A stretch of 64,000 bases of DNA from an uncultured Candidatus Saccharibacteria bacterium. GTDB taxonomy: Bacteria > Patescibacteriota > Minisyncoccia > Phycocordibacterales > SBAW01. This document shows, piece by piece, positions 35,916 to 47,700 of this stretch. Location: assembly GCA_964420015.1 (NCBI GenBank), contig CAYQPO010000001.1, positions 87,048 to 151,047 on the forward strand. Reading direction: 5' to 3'. The first letter of the stretch is position 1. Every line of letters starts with the position of its first letter. The position numbers and the translations under genes are program-made. A model generated the notes under the pieces. It worked only from the letters and a program-made list of their open reading frames with translations, ran no database searches and was not told the DNA's origin.

Positions 35916-37080
35916 TTTTGGCGTGATGTGCAAGCGCACTAGCATATGCTTGCTCCCAACGGTCAACCACTTTTTCGACCGCGCATGTCTGAGCAGACTC
36001 TCTCGCCAAAGCGCCCTCGCGCTTGCGCATCTCCTCACTGTTGAGCAACTCAACAAGGACTTGCGTGCAGCTATGGGTATCGCGCGGCTCAACAAGCCGC
36101 ATGCCGCCCACAGGCCTTGGTGTAGCAGCCGAGCGGGCAACTACTGCTGGCGTGCCAGCTGCCATCGCTTGGAGGCGCGCGAGGCCCTGGGTTTCAGAAG
36201 TACTCATAGAACAAAACACATCCGCCGCTCCTAAAAGTTTGGCGAGGGGTTCTTTGCCCAGCGTGCCGATAAAACGCACGTGCTCTGGTATGCCAAGCGC
36301 TCGCGCCTGCGCTTCTAACTCGCTGCGAATATCGCCGTGCCCGGCGATGAGCAGTTGTGCTTGCGGAGAAGCATTGAGCACTTCGGGCACGGCACCAAGC
36401 AACACGTCGATTGATTTTTCTTTCACCAAACGGCCGGCATAGACTATCAGCGGGCCCTCGACACCATATGCGCGCCGCACTGCAACACGCTCGTCTTCAT
36501 CAAGCGGCACAAAGAGCGAGAGATCAATCGGGTTGGTTATAGCCGCATGCGGCGCTACAATCGGTCCGCCAAGCTCCTCGAGCGCAAAAGCGGTGGGTGC
36601 GGAGACAAAGTCGGCTTGGTTGCACAAAAAGCGCACATAGCGCGCAAGCCACTTAAGCACTCGGGGTGTGAGGTATGCTGCATGCAACTCCATCGCCAAA
36701 TGGTTTGTCACCACCAGTGGAATGTTAAAAAGTTTTGCGGCTACAGTCGCTTCAAGCGCCAGCCCCCAAATGGTTTGGATATGAATAAGATCCGGCCTGC
36801 GCCATGCAAAATAGAGCAAATGGGTGGGAAACGGCAACGGCATACGATACAGAGGTGCAAACCACGGGATAGAAAGCAGTCGATGGATGGTCACTCCGGG
36901 GCCCAAGTCGCGCTCGCGATGCGGCACCCCGCCACGAACATACTCGCGCTTAGGATAATACGGCACATAAAACTCAACGGTATGCCCACGTGCTGCCAAG
37001 CCGCGCGCCAAAAGCTCGGCTGAGTCGTGCGTGCCCCCGAGGTTGGGGTAAAAATAGTCTGAGACCAGCGCAATCTTCAT
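35896..37080 (-). CDS. glycosyltransferase family 4 (GT-B)
   Basis: MKIALVSDYFYPNLGGTHDSAELL… The C-terminal half has the EX7E-like region typical of GT4. Confidence 0.7.
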   Translation of the reverse strand: MKIALVSDYFYPNLGGTHDSAELLARGLAARGHTVEFYVPYYPKREYVRGGVPHRERDLGPGVTIHRLLSIPWFAPLYRMPLPFPTHLLYFAWRRPDLIHIQTIWGLALEATVAAKLFNIPLVVTNHLAMELHAAYLTPRVLKWLARYVRFLCNQADFVSAPTAFALEELGGPIVAPHAAITNPIDLSLFVPLDEDERVAVRRAYGVEGPLIVYAGRLVKEKSIDVLLGAVPEVLNASPQAQLLIAGHGDIRSELEAQARALGIPEHVRFIGTLGKEPLAKLLGAADVFCSMSTSETQGLARLQAMAAGTPAVVARSAATPRPVGGMRLVEPRDTHSCTQVLVELLNSEEMRKREGALARESAQTCAVEKVVDRWEQAYASALAHHAKTIGAAA

Positions 37081-37694
37081 TGGGTAGGTGGCGGAGTATC
37101 GTCTTTAACTTCCTTGAGCATACGTTTACTCAGTTTGATACTCACGAAAAAGTACCCCACCAAAAAAACCGAAAGGCCGAGCAAGACATATTCGAAATTG
37201 GAAATAAGCCGCTCTATCGTACCTCCCAGCGCACCACCCAAAAAATATCCCAGCACCAACAAGACGCCATATTGCACCACTGCCGCAACCGCTCCCCAGC
37301 CAAAAAATTTCTGGAGTGGCATGTGTATCATGCCCGCCACCACGATAAAACTGGTAGAAATGCCGTACGATATTTTGCCCAAAAGCATCGTGATGCCTGC
37401 GCGGCGCGTCCAGAGACCGCGGACGTGCTCTAAATGCGCCTCCTCCACGCCGATTTTTGCAAGCAAACGGTGCGCGAGCCTGGTACGACCGCCGTAGTAG
37501 CCAAGCAGATAGTAGAGGCCGTCCATAAACATATCGCGGCCAAAGAAAAATGCCGCCAGAACAAAAATATTAAAGTAGCCCGCCGCCGCAAGTGTCCCCG
37601 CCACAAAGGCGATCACTGGCCCCTCGGCAAAAGAAAGCGGAACCAAGATTAGCCAGCGGCTTTCGATGAGCGTCTGCGCAAGGTGGCTGTCCAT
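37077..37694 (-). CDS. DedA/VTT-domain membrane protein
   Basis: Multi-TM with a DedA-like core (…RRAGITMLLGKISYG…). Confidence 0.6.
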   Translation of the reverse strand: MDSHLAQTLIESRWLILVPLSFAEGPVIAFVAGTLAAAGYFNIFVLAAFFFGRDMFMDGLYYLLGYYGGRTRLAHRLLAKIGVEEAHLEHVRGLWTRRAGITMLLGKISYGISTSFIVVAGMIHMPLQKFFGWGAVAAVVQYGVLLVLGYFLGGALGGTIERLISNFEYVLLGLSVFLVGYFFVSIKLSKRMLKEVKDDTPPPTQ

Positions 37695-37717
37695 ATGGGA
37701 AGCAGTATACTACTCCT

Positions 37718-38383
37718 ATGTGGTTAGGGGCGCTCGTTGAACGATACAAAACATACTCTGCAAATCGAGAATTCTGGCTCTCGACCTTGACCGGAATACT
37801 CCTGTTTGCACTCAGTGTGATCGCGAGTTTCTACGCGATCACGTATGCCACAGAGCGTGCAAGCAACTCGGTAACCGACCTCGTACTCTCCAACACGCCC
37901 ATATTCGACCTAAACGCGCTCATGGTAGTGGGCACCCTACTACTAATCGCGTGTATTACATTTTTATTCTTGCATAACCCACAATGGATGCCGTTTGGTT
38001 TACACACTCTGGCGCTGTTCTTTTTTATCCGCTCCGCTTTTACCGTGTTTACCCACGTAGCATCCTACCCCATTCCGTTAAACTCGACACCCGACATCCA
38101 AAGCTCAATTGGACGATTCCTCTTTGGATTTGGAGGTGACCTCTTTTTTTCTGCACATACGGCGGTTCCGTTTTTAATGGCACTCTTGTGTTGGCATAAC
38201 ACAAGATTGCGCACGCTTTTTTTGCTCTGGTCGGTCTGCTTTGGCGTAGTGGTCCTACTTGGTCATTTGCACTACACGATTGACGTAGTTTCAGCCTACT
38301 TTATTACCTACGGGATCTATCACCTGGCGCTGTGGCTTTTCCCTAAGGAGCGAGAGCTCTTTTTGACCGACACAAACTCCTAA
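37718..38383 (+). CDS. PAP2-like polytopic membrane protein
   Basis: SAHTAVPF and LGHLHYTIDV motifs. Confidence 0.5.
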   Translation: MWLGALVERYKTYSANREFWLSTLTGILLFALSVIASFYAITYATERASNSVTDLVLSNTPIFDLNALMVVGTLLLIACITFLFLHNPQWMPFGLHTLALFFFIRSAFTVFTHVASYPIPLNSTPDIQSSIGRFLFGFGGDLFFSAHTAVPFLMALLCWHNTRLRTLFLLWSVCFGVVVLLGHLHYTIDVVSAYFITYGIYHLALWLFPKERELFLTDTNS

Positions 38384-38431
38384 AGAGTCGCTTCATTAAC
38401 GCTTCAGGATCTATCCCGCTATACTGGGAGC

Positions 38432-39121
38432 ATGCACATACTGATAGTCGAAGACGAAGAGCGCTTGGCTAAGGCGCTTAAAAAAGGATTGGAACTTAAA
38501 GGGTATGCGGTCGACTGGCTCCCCGACAGCGAAAAGGCTCGCAATCGCATCATGCTGTATCGCAATGAGTACGATCTCATTATCCTCGACCTCATGCTCC
38601 CCGGGATAGACGGGGCGGCCATCACTGAGACCGTGCGCAAAGACGGTGTCATCACCCCAATCATTATCTTGACCGCACGTAACGAGACTGAGCATAAGGT
38701 CGATTTGCTCAACAAAGGTGCAGACGATTACGTGGTGAAGCCTTTTTCCTTTGAAGAACTCTTAAGCCGCATCCAAGCGGTGCTCCGTAGACCCGCGCAG
38801 AGCAAACCCGTAACGCTTAAGGTAGGACCTTTGCAAATGGACATGGCGACCCGTACGGTAAAAAAAGATGACGAGGAGATCTCGCTTACGCTCAAAGAGT
38901 TTGCCCTCTTGGAGTGTTTTATGCGCCAGCCAGGCGAAGTGCTCTCACGCGAAAAATTGTTCGACCATGTGTGGGACTTCAACTCGCTCTCGTGGAGCAA
39001 TGTTTTGGATGTGCATATGAAAAATCTGCGCAAAAAACTGGGCACCGATGCAAACAATGAACAACTATTTGAAACAGTTCGCGGTGTGGGCTATCGCCTC
39101 TTGGGAGAGGTGCGCGAATAG
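38432..39121 (+). CDS. OmpR-family response regulator
   Basis: Receiver (ILIVEDE…LILDLMLPGIDG) plus winged-helix C-terminal domain (…VRGVGYRL). Confidence 0.85.
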   Translation: MHILIVEDEERLAKALKKGLELKGYAVDWLPDSEKARNRIMLYRNEYDLIILDLMLPGIDGAAITETVRKDGVITPIIILTARNETEHKVDLLNKGADDYVVKPFSFEELLSRIQAVLRRPAQSKPVTLKVGPLQMDMATRTVKKDDEEISLTLKEFALLECFMRQPGEVLSREKLFDHVWDFNSLSWSNVLDVHMKNLRKKLGTDANNEQLFETVRGVGYRLLGEVRE

Positions 39122-39911
39122 TCTCCTCAAAACAATTTTTGCTCGCGAGATATACGCGAGTCAAAAACGCTTCATTGCTGATGTAGCGCATGAGCTGCGC
39201 ACTCCTCTTTCAACCATCAAAACGTCGGCTGAAGTGGCACTCATCGACACGGGACTGCCCAAAGACGCGCGGGAGAGCTTCAAAGAAATTTTGGGCGAAC
39301 TAGAGCGCATCTCGGGGATCATCGACAACTTACTTTCTTTAAACACGCTTACCCGCCCCGAACAGATGCACTTTAAAAATCTTGACCTTATCCCTCTGGC
39401 AGAAGCGACTGTCGCACGCCACAAGCTGCTTGCGCGCGAGCGTGGAATCCGTCTGCGGCTCTACACCAAACCCGGCTCAATTAGTTGGGCCAATGCGGTC
39501 GCAGTCGAGCAGATCATGACCAACCTTATTAAAAATGCCCTTCTCTATACGCCTTCTAGCGAAGGCGGCGTTGTCTTAGTGCGCTTGAGGCCTCAAGACG
39601 GCAGAATCTTGTTTGAGGTCGAGGACAGCGGCGTTGGAATTTCACAAGAAGAGCTTGCACACATTTTTGAGCCGTTTTACCGAGCCGATACCTCGCGCAC
39701 ACAACTAAAAACTAAAACTGGCTCGGGCCTAGGCCTCACCATCGTACATGAGATGGTCAAAGCGATGCAGGGCGAGATTGTTGTCCGCAGTCGGCGACGC
39801 CATGGCACTACGGTATCGGTGTATCTTCCCCAAGGGGGCGCTGCTGCAAAAGAGCGTGAAGCGCTCACCCAAAATGCACTCTCGTTCACCTCCCATTCAG
39901 CGGGCTCTTAA
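39084..39911 (+). CDS. soluble sensor histidine kinase (cognate to the OmpR-type RR)
   Basis: H-box IADVAHELRTPLSTI. HATPase N/G boxes (…NLIKNALLYT…DSGVGIS…GSGLGLTIV…). Probable GTG start at 39084 overlapping the RR gene. Confidence 0.7.
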   Translation: MWAIASWERCANSLLKTIFAREIYASQKRFIADVAHELRTPLSTIKTSAEVALIDTGLPKDARESFKEILGELERISGIIDNLLSLNTLTRPEQMHFKNLDLIPLAEATVARHKLLARERGIRLRLYTKPGSISWANAVAVEQIMTNLIKNALLYTPSSEGGVVLVRLRPQDGRILFEVEDSGVGISQEELAHIFEPFYRADTSRTQLKTKTGSGLGLTIVHEMVKAMQGEIVVRSRRRHGTTVSVYLPQGGAAAKEREALTQNALSFTSHSAGS

Positions 39912-40111
39912 TACAATGTGGTTTCGACGGCGTGTGGAACCGCATAGCGGCCGCTGTCACTTTTACTAGCAGACGCGAGTTCTTATAGGCATAGTAGCCT
40001 AACGGTCAAAGACGAGTATGACGGAAGAAGTACTGGTTTAGCCGGAGGGCCCCCGCACCAAGGTGCGCGGGGCCCTCCGGCGTATCGTCTTTATGTTCTA
40101 CAATAGAACTC

Positions 40112-40888
40112 ATGAGAGGCCTTGCGCCGCGTATAGTTGTATTTGACCTCGACGGCACACTCGCCGAGAGCAAACAACGTGTCTCGGGGGAAATGGCCGA
40201 CCTACTTAGTGAGCTTATAAAGCACACACGCGTTGCGGTCATGTCGGGCGGCGGGATGAGGCAGTTCGAGCTGCAGCTCCTCAATTTTTTGCCCCGCGAG
40301 ACTAATCTACAAAACCTCTATCTCTTTCCTGACAACGCGGCGCAATGCTTTATCTTTCGCAACGGGCAGTGGCACGCGCAATACGACAACGCGCTCTCAG
40401 CATCGGAGCGCGACCGCATCTTGATGGCACTTGGTGAAGCGCTCGAGGAGGTTGGGCTTGCGGACGCACCCGTGCGTATCTGGGGCGAACGGATCGAAAA
40501 CCGTGGAGCAGAGATCGCCTTCTCCCCTTTAGGCCAACAAGCGCCGCTTCAAGCCAAACAAGAGTGGCATAAAGCGCACGAGGACTCACGTCACCAACTG
40601 GTTGAAACCTTGCACAAAAAATTGCCTGAGTTTGGGGTAACTACCGGCGGTCTCACCACTATCGATATCACGCGCAAGGGCATCGATAAGGCTTACGGGG
40701 TGCAGCGTTTGCGCGAACTTGCTCGCGCCGACATCGGACAAATGCTCTACGTGGGCGACGCACTCGAAGAGGGTGGCAATGACGCAGTCGTGGTACCTAC
40801 GGGCATTCCGACCCACGCGGTATTTGGTCCCGTAGAAACACGTGGGCTCATTGAGGAAATCTTGAGTGTTTCTAAACATGCATCGTAG
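40112..40888 (+). CDS. HAD-superfamily (IIB, PMM/Cof-like) hydrolase
   Basis: VFDLDGTL motif I. …VGDALEEGGNDA… motif IV. Confidence 0.6.
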   Translation: MRGLAPRIVVFDLDGTLAESKQRVSGEMADLLSELIKHTRVAVMSGGGMRQFELQLLNFLPRETNLQNLYLFPDNAAQCFIFRNGQWHAQYDNALSASERDRILMALGEALEEVGLADAPVRIWGERIENRGAEIAFSPLGQQAPLQAKQEWHKAHEDSRHQLVETLHKKLPEFGVTTGGLTTIDITRKGIDKAYGVQRLRELARADIGQMLYVGDALEEGGNDAVVVPTGIPTHAVFGPVETRGLIEEILSVSKHAS

Positions 40889-40929
40889 TCCACGCTTGCT
40901 GGTTACCAAAGAAGCGTTATAGTTTAAGC

Positions 40930-42288
40930 ATGTTCGAGCGAATACTGTCGCCCGCCCGTTTGGCAGCTACAGGTGCTCTCCTGGCGTTCGTCTTCCCTTG
41001 TGTTGCCGCTGCGGCGCTTAATCCACCAACGATCACCGTCAGTGGACAAAACTTGCCCGTCACCGATACCATAGACAACACCCTATTCGCTCCCGACAGT
41101 GGCTGGTCGGTGGTGATGACGTTTGGCGAAGCGCTGATCACTCCTCCGACTGTGGTGGCGAGCGACCATGCCACTGAGAGCTTCCCGCAACTGGTTTCTT
41201 TGTGCGATAACCAGGCCGCGTCAACAACGTATTGCTTTACCTACACCAAACCAAGTACTTTTCACCAAGGCTCGCTGTATTACTTTGATGTCTCCGACGC
41301 GGCCGGAGCAAGTGGAAGCATGTCGCTCACCAGTTATCGCTTTATCCTTGATACCGCTGCCCCCGTGCTTGCCTTTACCTCCGTACCCAACCCAAGCCAC
41401 AGCGCCCTCCCCACCATCGCCGGCACCTCGGACGATGCGCAGTCGCCCATCACCGTGCATGTCTACAGTGCCACGCAGAGCGTGTACATGATCACGAGCG
41501 CTCCTACGGGCAACTGGTCGGTCACCGTGCCTGCGGGGAGCCCTCTTAGCGCCGGCTCCTATACGGTCGAGGCCTCGAGCACCGATCCCTATGGCCACCG
41601 CGCGACTCCTATAACTGCCACACTCGTGGTTGACAACAGTGCGCCGGCTATCACCTTCCCCTACAGCCCTGCGGCCAGTGGCTATGCAAGCTCAACAACT
41701 GTAGTAGTGCCGTTTGTGGTGAGCGACCCGGACAACGACTCGGTCGCCATACAATGCTGGTTTAATGCCGGAGCGCCTCACCCCTGCGCGATGCCAAGCG
41801 AGACTTCTCAAGGCACGCTTGCAGAAGGCCCAAACACCTTTCATATAACTGCGACTGATGTCTATGGCAATGTCACCACGACCGTCCGCAGTTTTATAGT
41901 TGATGTGACGCCCCCCGTGCTCAGCGAAGTGGCCCCCATCGGCACTACCACGAACACCTCGCCGGCCTATCAAGTGGTTGCGAGCGAAGCGGCGAGTCTG
42001 GCCTTCGGTGGGAGTTGCGCCACCAACACGGTTTCAGTACCCGCAGGTCAAAGTACGATTATTTTTACCAACCTTTCAGTGGGGACGTATAGCAATTGCA
42101 CGGTCATCCCAACCGACCTGGCAGGCAACCGAGGTCTGGTGCTTGCAGTGACCCCCTTCACCATCGTGAGCACAAGTCCATCGCAGGGCTTGCCCCAGGG
42201 GCTTTCTACAGGCACCAACACCACCTCGGTCCAAAACGCGAGCGCTCAGGGGAAAGCGTCCGTGCAAACACACGTCCTAAACAAATAA
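40930..42288 (+). CDS. secreted surface protein with Ig-like (Big-type) repeats
   Basis: Signal peptide. Repeated ~90-aa beta-rich T/S/P/V modules. Confidence 0.5.
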   Translation: MFERILSPARLAATGALLAFVFPCVAAAALNPPTITVSGQNLPVTDTIDNTLFAPDSGWSVVMTFGEALITPPTVVASDHATESFPQLVSLCDNQAASTTYCFTYTKPSTFHQGSLYYFDVSDAAGASGSMSLTSYRFILDTAAPVLAFTSVPNPSHSALPTIAGTSDDAQSPITVHVYSATQSVYMITSAPTGNWSVTVPAGSPLSAGSYTVEASSTDPYGHRATPITATLVVDNSAPAITFPYSPAASGYASSTTVVVPFVVSDPDNDSVAIQCWFNAGAPHPCAMPSETSQGTLAEGPNTFHITATDVYGNVTTTVRSFIVDVTPPVLSEVAPIGTTTNTSPAYQVVASEAASLAFGGSCATNTVSVPAGQSTIIFTNLSVGTYSNCTVIPTDLAGNRGLVLAVTPFTIVSTSPSQGLPQGLSTGTNTTSVQNASAQGKASVQTHVLNK

Positions 42289-42290
42289 GT

Positions 42291-42737
42291 ATGACCCCCG
42301 GGCTGAAAATACTTATTTGTATGTTCGCAGCAGCGTTCGTGGCGGGGGTGGTGCTCGTCGTGTTGCCCGGTAATAGCAAAGCCCCGAGCATTCCACAAAC
42401 CACAAGCACGACTAAGAAGCTCCCGCCTGTAACGGATGTTACTGTACGGATGCTTTCTAAAACTTCCTTGCAAATTAGCGGCAGTATGAGCAACACTTGG
42501 TATTTCGAGGCGACCTTCCCCGTCGAGCTCCTCGATGCAACTAGCGCAGTGATTGCTCGGGCCCCCGCACAAGCAAAGACCGATTGGACTCTACCTGGCC
42601 TCGTGCCTTTTTTGGTCACCCTCTCGTTCCCTCCACAACCAGCAGGGAGCAGCGGCACGGTAATCTTTAAGAAGGACAACCCTTCCGGCGACCCGAGCCG
42701 CGATGACTCAGTGAGCGCCCCTGTAGTTTTTCAGTAG
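42291..42737 (+). CDS. hypothetical membrane-anchored secreted protein
   Basis: N-terminal TM MTPGLKILICMFAAAFVAGVVLVVL. Confidence 0.45.
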   Translation: MTPGLKILICMFAAAFVAGVVLVVLPGNSKAPSIPQTTSTTKKLPPVTDVTVRMLSKTSLQISGSMSNTWYFEATFPVELLDATSAVIARAPAQAKTDWTLPGLVPFLVTLSFPPQPAGSSGTVIFKKDNPSGDPSRDDSVSAPVVFQ

Positions 42738-42831
42738 TATTCATTCACCTGAGCTTAACGAGCAAAGAGCAATAGTTACCCCCGAACCTCAGCAGGTCCG
42801 GGGTTTCTTTATAAGCATTACTTTCATCTCT

Positions 42832-44097
42832 ATGTACACGATTCGCAAATTTGCAGCGGCGCTCAGCGTGGCTGCGCTCGTCGTGGGCCCGCTCTCGGCG
42901 CTCGCTGCCCCCGGAGGCCCAGCGGTGACACTCACCTCGAGCGCGCCGTTCATTCAAGCGACGCCCACCAACGTCACCTGGGCCTCGCCGATCCCGTTTA
43001 GCGTGAGCCTGTCGAGTTCGACCACGAACTTTGATGCAGCCGACATCCAGGTTGTCGGGGGCTCGGTACAAAACTTTGCGGGGAGCGATGCTGCTTACAC
43101 GTTTAGCGTCAAACCGGGCGATGGCGACCCCAGCCACGACACCGAGCCACGCTACGTGCAGGTACAAATTAACGCCGATCAGTTTGATGGCAACCAGGCG
43201 AGCCAATCAATCGCCTTTTGGTATGACCCAAGTCAAGCTCCGGTCGACACCACCGCTCCGGTGGTAACTATCACCCAAGGCCCAACCGACGGCTCGACGC
43301 AACCAGTTGCAAACGCCTCAAGCAGTGCAGCGATACACTTCGAGTTTACGGTGGACGACGCCTCTTCGACCGTACGATGTTCGATCGTGGACGCAAGCTC
43401 AACCGACTCCTTCTTCGGTTGCGGCTCACCCCAGGACTATGCTCTGCCTGTAGGCAACTATCGTTTTGTAGTCCAGGCAACTGACCAGGCCAACAATATC
43501 GGCTCGAGCACGCGAAGCTTTATGGTTGCAGTAAGCTCCACTACCGCAACCACCACGAGCGACACGGGCGGTTCTTCGTCTGGCTCTGCGGGTGGTGGCA
43601 CTGGTAGCGGACCTACACTCCCCAACGGCGGAGGCATTGCGCCTAACAATACGGGCAATGGCATGATCGTCGGTTCTGGGCCTATAGCACCGGGGAGCCC
43701 TGGTGGGAGTTTTATTCCCACCGGCTCTGGGGTGTTTGTGAATCCTAACCCACCCATAATCCCCACCACTGCGGGCAACGGAGGCTTGAGTCCTTTGGCA
43801 CTTGCCCCGGCGCCGGCCACCGTGGCCTCGCGCTCAAGTCTTGCAGCCGTCCCACGCTCAGGAGCACGTCTGACCGCCACCACACAAACCCCCTCGGGCG
43901 ACCTCTCGAATCCTGCCTCGAGTACTGATACCTCGCAATCTGCGATTGCTGAAGACCAAAACGCTTCCTCGACCCTCTTGCAAGGCCAAGGAGCGGCGGT
44001 AGCAACTGCAGGCGCCTCGAGCGCAGTTTGGTTCTGGGGCATTGTGGTCCTCCTTGCCCTCGCCGTCATCGGCTGGCTCCTGTACCGCTCTGCTTAA
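42832..44097 (+). CDS. secreted Ig-like repeat surface protein with C-terminal TM anchor
   Basis: Signal peptide, Ig-like modules, Gly/Ser/Pro-rich linker, C-terminal …WFWGIVVLLALAVIGWLLYRSA. Confidence 0.5.
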   Translation: MYTIRKFAAALSVAALVVGPLSALAAPGGPAVTLTSSAPFIQATPTNVTWASPIPFSVSLSSSTTNFDAADIQVVGGSVQNFAGSDAAYTFSVKPGDGDPSHDTEPRYVQVQINADQFDGNQASQSIAFWYDPSQAPVDTTAPVVTITQGPTDGSTQPVANASSSAAIHFEFTVDDASSTVRCSIVDASSTDSFFGCGSPQDYALPVGNYRFVVQATDQANNIGSSTRSFMVAVSSTTATTTSDTGGSSSGSAGGGTGSGPTLPNGGGIAPNNTGNGMIVGSGPIAPGSPGGSFIPTGSGVFVNPNPPIIPTTAGNGGLSPLALAPAPATVASRSSLAAVPRSGARLTATTQTPSGDLSNPASSTDTSQSAIAEDQNASSTLLQGQGAAVATAGASSAVWFWGIVVLLALAVIGWLLYRSA

Positions 44098-44126
44098 TGC
44101 TCCACCTCACCAAGAAAAAGGCTTGC

Positions 44127-44579
44127 CTAGAGCGAGCCTTTTTCTTTGGCGTCCATCTTCAAGATCTCGGCGCGCCAGCCGATGCCGTTGGCGACCACTT
44201 GCAAGAGCGACCCCATGCCGGCTAGGGCCAGCACAAAGAGCACCGACCACGCCCAGGGGAATACAAAATAACAAAACACCACCACCAATGCCGCCCACAT
44301 CCCAATGCACCACGGACAGCTCAAAAGATCGCGCACGGTGGCACAAAAACTGTTGTCAAAGTTCCAGAGGTCGCGAAACCACCGAGCGATTTTGTCATAC
44401 ACAATAAGACGCGTGATCCTAAGCGTTGCAAAGGCAAGCATCACCGTGTCAAACGGCGGTACGGATATTAAAAAACCGCCGCGGATCTCGCGCATCTCCC
44501 AAATTGCTGCTCCCAACACGAGGAGAAAAAATACACTAAAAATAAAGTTCCACCCATTCTCTTTTTTGAGCGCTGACAT
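44127..44579 (-). CDS. DUF1360-like membrane protein
   Basis: CPWCIGMW motif, 4 TM. Confidence 0.5.
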   Translation of the reverse strand: MSALKKENGWNFIFSVFFLLVLGAAIWEMREIRGGFLISVPPFDTVMLAFATLRITRLIVYDKIARWFRDLWNFDNSFCATVRDLLSCPWCIGMWAALVVVFCYFVFPWAWSVLFVLALAGMGSLLQVVANGIGWRAEILKMDAKEKGSL

Positions 44580-44756
44580 GCCTCAAATATACCCTAACTG
44601 GGGGCTTTTTTGCCATGCCCAATTGCGTCTTGATGAAAACTATTCTCTCGTGCCCTATCCACAGGAATTTGGCCACCTTGAGCAAACCTCCGGCCCTATA
44701 CTGAAAAATTGTGAGCTGCACTCCAGCCGTTTATTTCTAATTTTTTAGCTTTACGC

Positions 44757-47700
44757 ATGGCCCCTCTTCAAAAGATCAAAAAACGCAACGGGCAGATCGT
44801 CGACTTCTACCCTCAAAACATCACGGTTGCTGTGCAAAAGGCTTTTGCCGCCACGGTGGGCGACAGCCACGATCAACAGGCCCAGGAGATCACCCGTGTC
44901 GTGGTTGAGACGCTTGCCGCTAAATTTGGCAACACAGCGATCATCCCGAGCGTAGAGGATGTGCAAGATCTTGTGGAGATGGCACTGATGCAGCGGGGCT
45001 ACTATAACGTCGCTAAGGCTTACATCATCTACCGGTACGAGCACACAAAGCTGCGTGAGGAAAAACGCCAAGAAATTGCTGAGAAAATTAGCGAAAATCA
45101 ACTGCTGATCACCAAGCGCGATGGCTCGCAGGAAAACTTTAGTGAGACCAAGCTTGGCCGCACACTTGCCCGCGCCACCGAGGGCTTTGAGCGCATCGTC
45201 GACCAAGCGGCCGTTATTGCCCGCGTGCGCCAGGAGATGTACGAAGGGATCAAAACCAAAGAGATCCACGACGTGCTCATTATGGTCACCCGCTCGATGA
45301 TCGAGCGGGACCCGGCCCATTCCTATGTGGCCGCACGTTTGCTCCTCGAGTACATGTACCGCGAGGTGGTCGGCGAGGTTGAGGACTACTCAAAGCTCGA
45401 GGAAGAGCACCGCAAGGCCTTCGCCCGCTCTATCAATCGCGGGGTCGAGATCGGCTGGTTTGATCCGCGCATGCTCGAGTTTAATCTCGATACTATGGCT
45501 GAGGCGATCGACCTCAAACGTGACCGCGACTTTAAATATCTGGGCCTGCAGACCCTCCAGAGCAACTATCTTTCCAAAGATCAAAAAAACAGCCGCAAAC
45601 TACTTGAGACTCCACAAATTTTCTGGATGCGCGTCGCCATGGGTTGTGCACTGAATGAAAAACCCGAAGACCGTGAGCGTATCGCGATAGAGTTTTACGA
45701 AATTATGTCAGGGATGTACTACATGCCCTCCTCGCCCACGCTCTACCACGCGGGCACCACGATTCCACAGCTTTCTTCCTGCTTTCTCTCCACCGTGCCT
45801 GACGATCTGCATTATATTTTTGACGAATACAAAGACGCAGCGCAGCTTCTAAAGTTTGCCGGGGGCACCGGGACCGATTGGACCCCGGTGCGCGCGCTCG
45901 GCTCCTTGATCAAAAAGATTGGCGTCGAGAGCCAGGGTGTAGTCCCCTTCCTTAAAATCGCCAACGATGTGACCATCTCGATCAATCGCTCGGGCCGCAG
46001 GCGCGGTGCGGCTGCCGTTTACCTCGAGTATTGGCACCTCGAGATCGAAGACTTTATGGAGCTCAAAAAGAACACCGGCGACGAGCGCCGCCGCACACAT
46101 GACCTTAACACTGCTGCGTGGATCCCCGACTTGTTTATGAAACGCCTACAAGAAGACGGCTACTGGATGCTCTTTAGCCCCTCCGACGTGCCCGACCTGC
46201 ACGACCTCTATGGCAAGCGCTTTGAGGAAGCCTACGCGCGCTATGAAGAGCTTGCCGAGGAGGGCAAAATCCCCCACCACAAAAAGCTGCGTGCGGCAGA
46301 CCTCTGGCGCAAGCACCTCACCATGCTGTTTGAGACGGGTCACCCGTGGATCACCTGGAAGGACCCGAGCAATGTGCGCTCGCCGCAAGACCACGTCGGT
46401 GTGGTGCACTCCTCAAACCTCTGCACCGAAATAACCCTCAACTCCTCGGCCGAAGAAACCGCAGTGTGCAACCTCGGGTCGCTTAACTTGGTGAGCTTTG
46501 TAAACGACGGGCGCTTCGATCGCGACTTGGTTGCGCGTGTGGTGCCGGTTGCAATGCGCATGCTCGACAATGTCATCGATATCAACTTCTACCCCACCGA
46601 AAAAACCAAACGCTCCAACCTGCGGCACCGTCCGGTGGGCCTCGGTATCCGCGGGCTCATGGACGCGCTCTACAAGCTCAACCTCAACTTTGACACCGAC
46701 GAGGCAGTCGCGTTTAGCGACGAATCGCAGGAGGTGATCGCTTACCACGCAATCCTCTCCTCAGCTCTGCTTGCTAAAGAGCGTGGCGTCTACGAAACCT
46801 ACAAAGGTTCTAAGTGGGACCGCGGTATCCTGCCCCAAGACACCATTGCGCTCCTCGAGCAAGAGCGCGGCACGGTGATCGATGTCCCCCGCCACGAAAC
46901 ACTCGACTGGCGCTTGGTGAGAGAGGCTATCAAGCAGTGGGGCATGCGCAACTCCAATACGATGGCCCATGCACCTACCGCAACCACCGCCAACATCGCT
47001 GGTTGCTATCCCACCATCGAGCCGATCTATAAAAATATTTATGTAAAGTCGAACATGGCTGGCGACTTTATGATTGTCAACGAGTATCTCGTCAACGACC
47101 TCAAAACGTTGGGACTTTGGACTGCGGAGATGCTCGAGAAGATCAAATACTACGACGGTTCTATCCAAGACATCGCCGAAATCCCGCCGGGGATTAAAGA
47201 AAAGTATAAAGAGGTGTTCGAAATGGAGCCGCAGTGGCTCATCAAAGCAGCTGCCTACCGCGGTCGCTGGATGGATCAGTCGCAGTCGCTCAACATTTTC
47301 TACGGTGGCACCTCAGGCAAAGTGCTCTCACAAATATATGAGTATGCTTGGAGCCTCGGGCTTAAAACTACCTACTACCTGCGCACGTTGGGCGCTAGTC
47401 GCGTTGAAAAATCAACCGTAAATCTGGCCAAATTTGGCGCCACCAGTTCGAAGGATGCTGGCGCTTCTGTGGTCTCGGCAGTTGCGGTCCAGGAGATGGT
47501 AGCCGCGGTGAGCAAAAATGACGACCCAATGGCTAAGACCACCGTGGGCGCTGTGCAAAGCATGAGCGTGGGCGAGGTCGCCGCTATTGTTGAGGCCGAG
47601 CAGGTTCGCGCAGGCCAGATGGACATTATTGCGCTGGCTAAAACCGCTCCTGCAGCCCCAGTGCCCGCTTTGCAGCCGATGGTTAAAAAAGGAGTGCCCT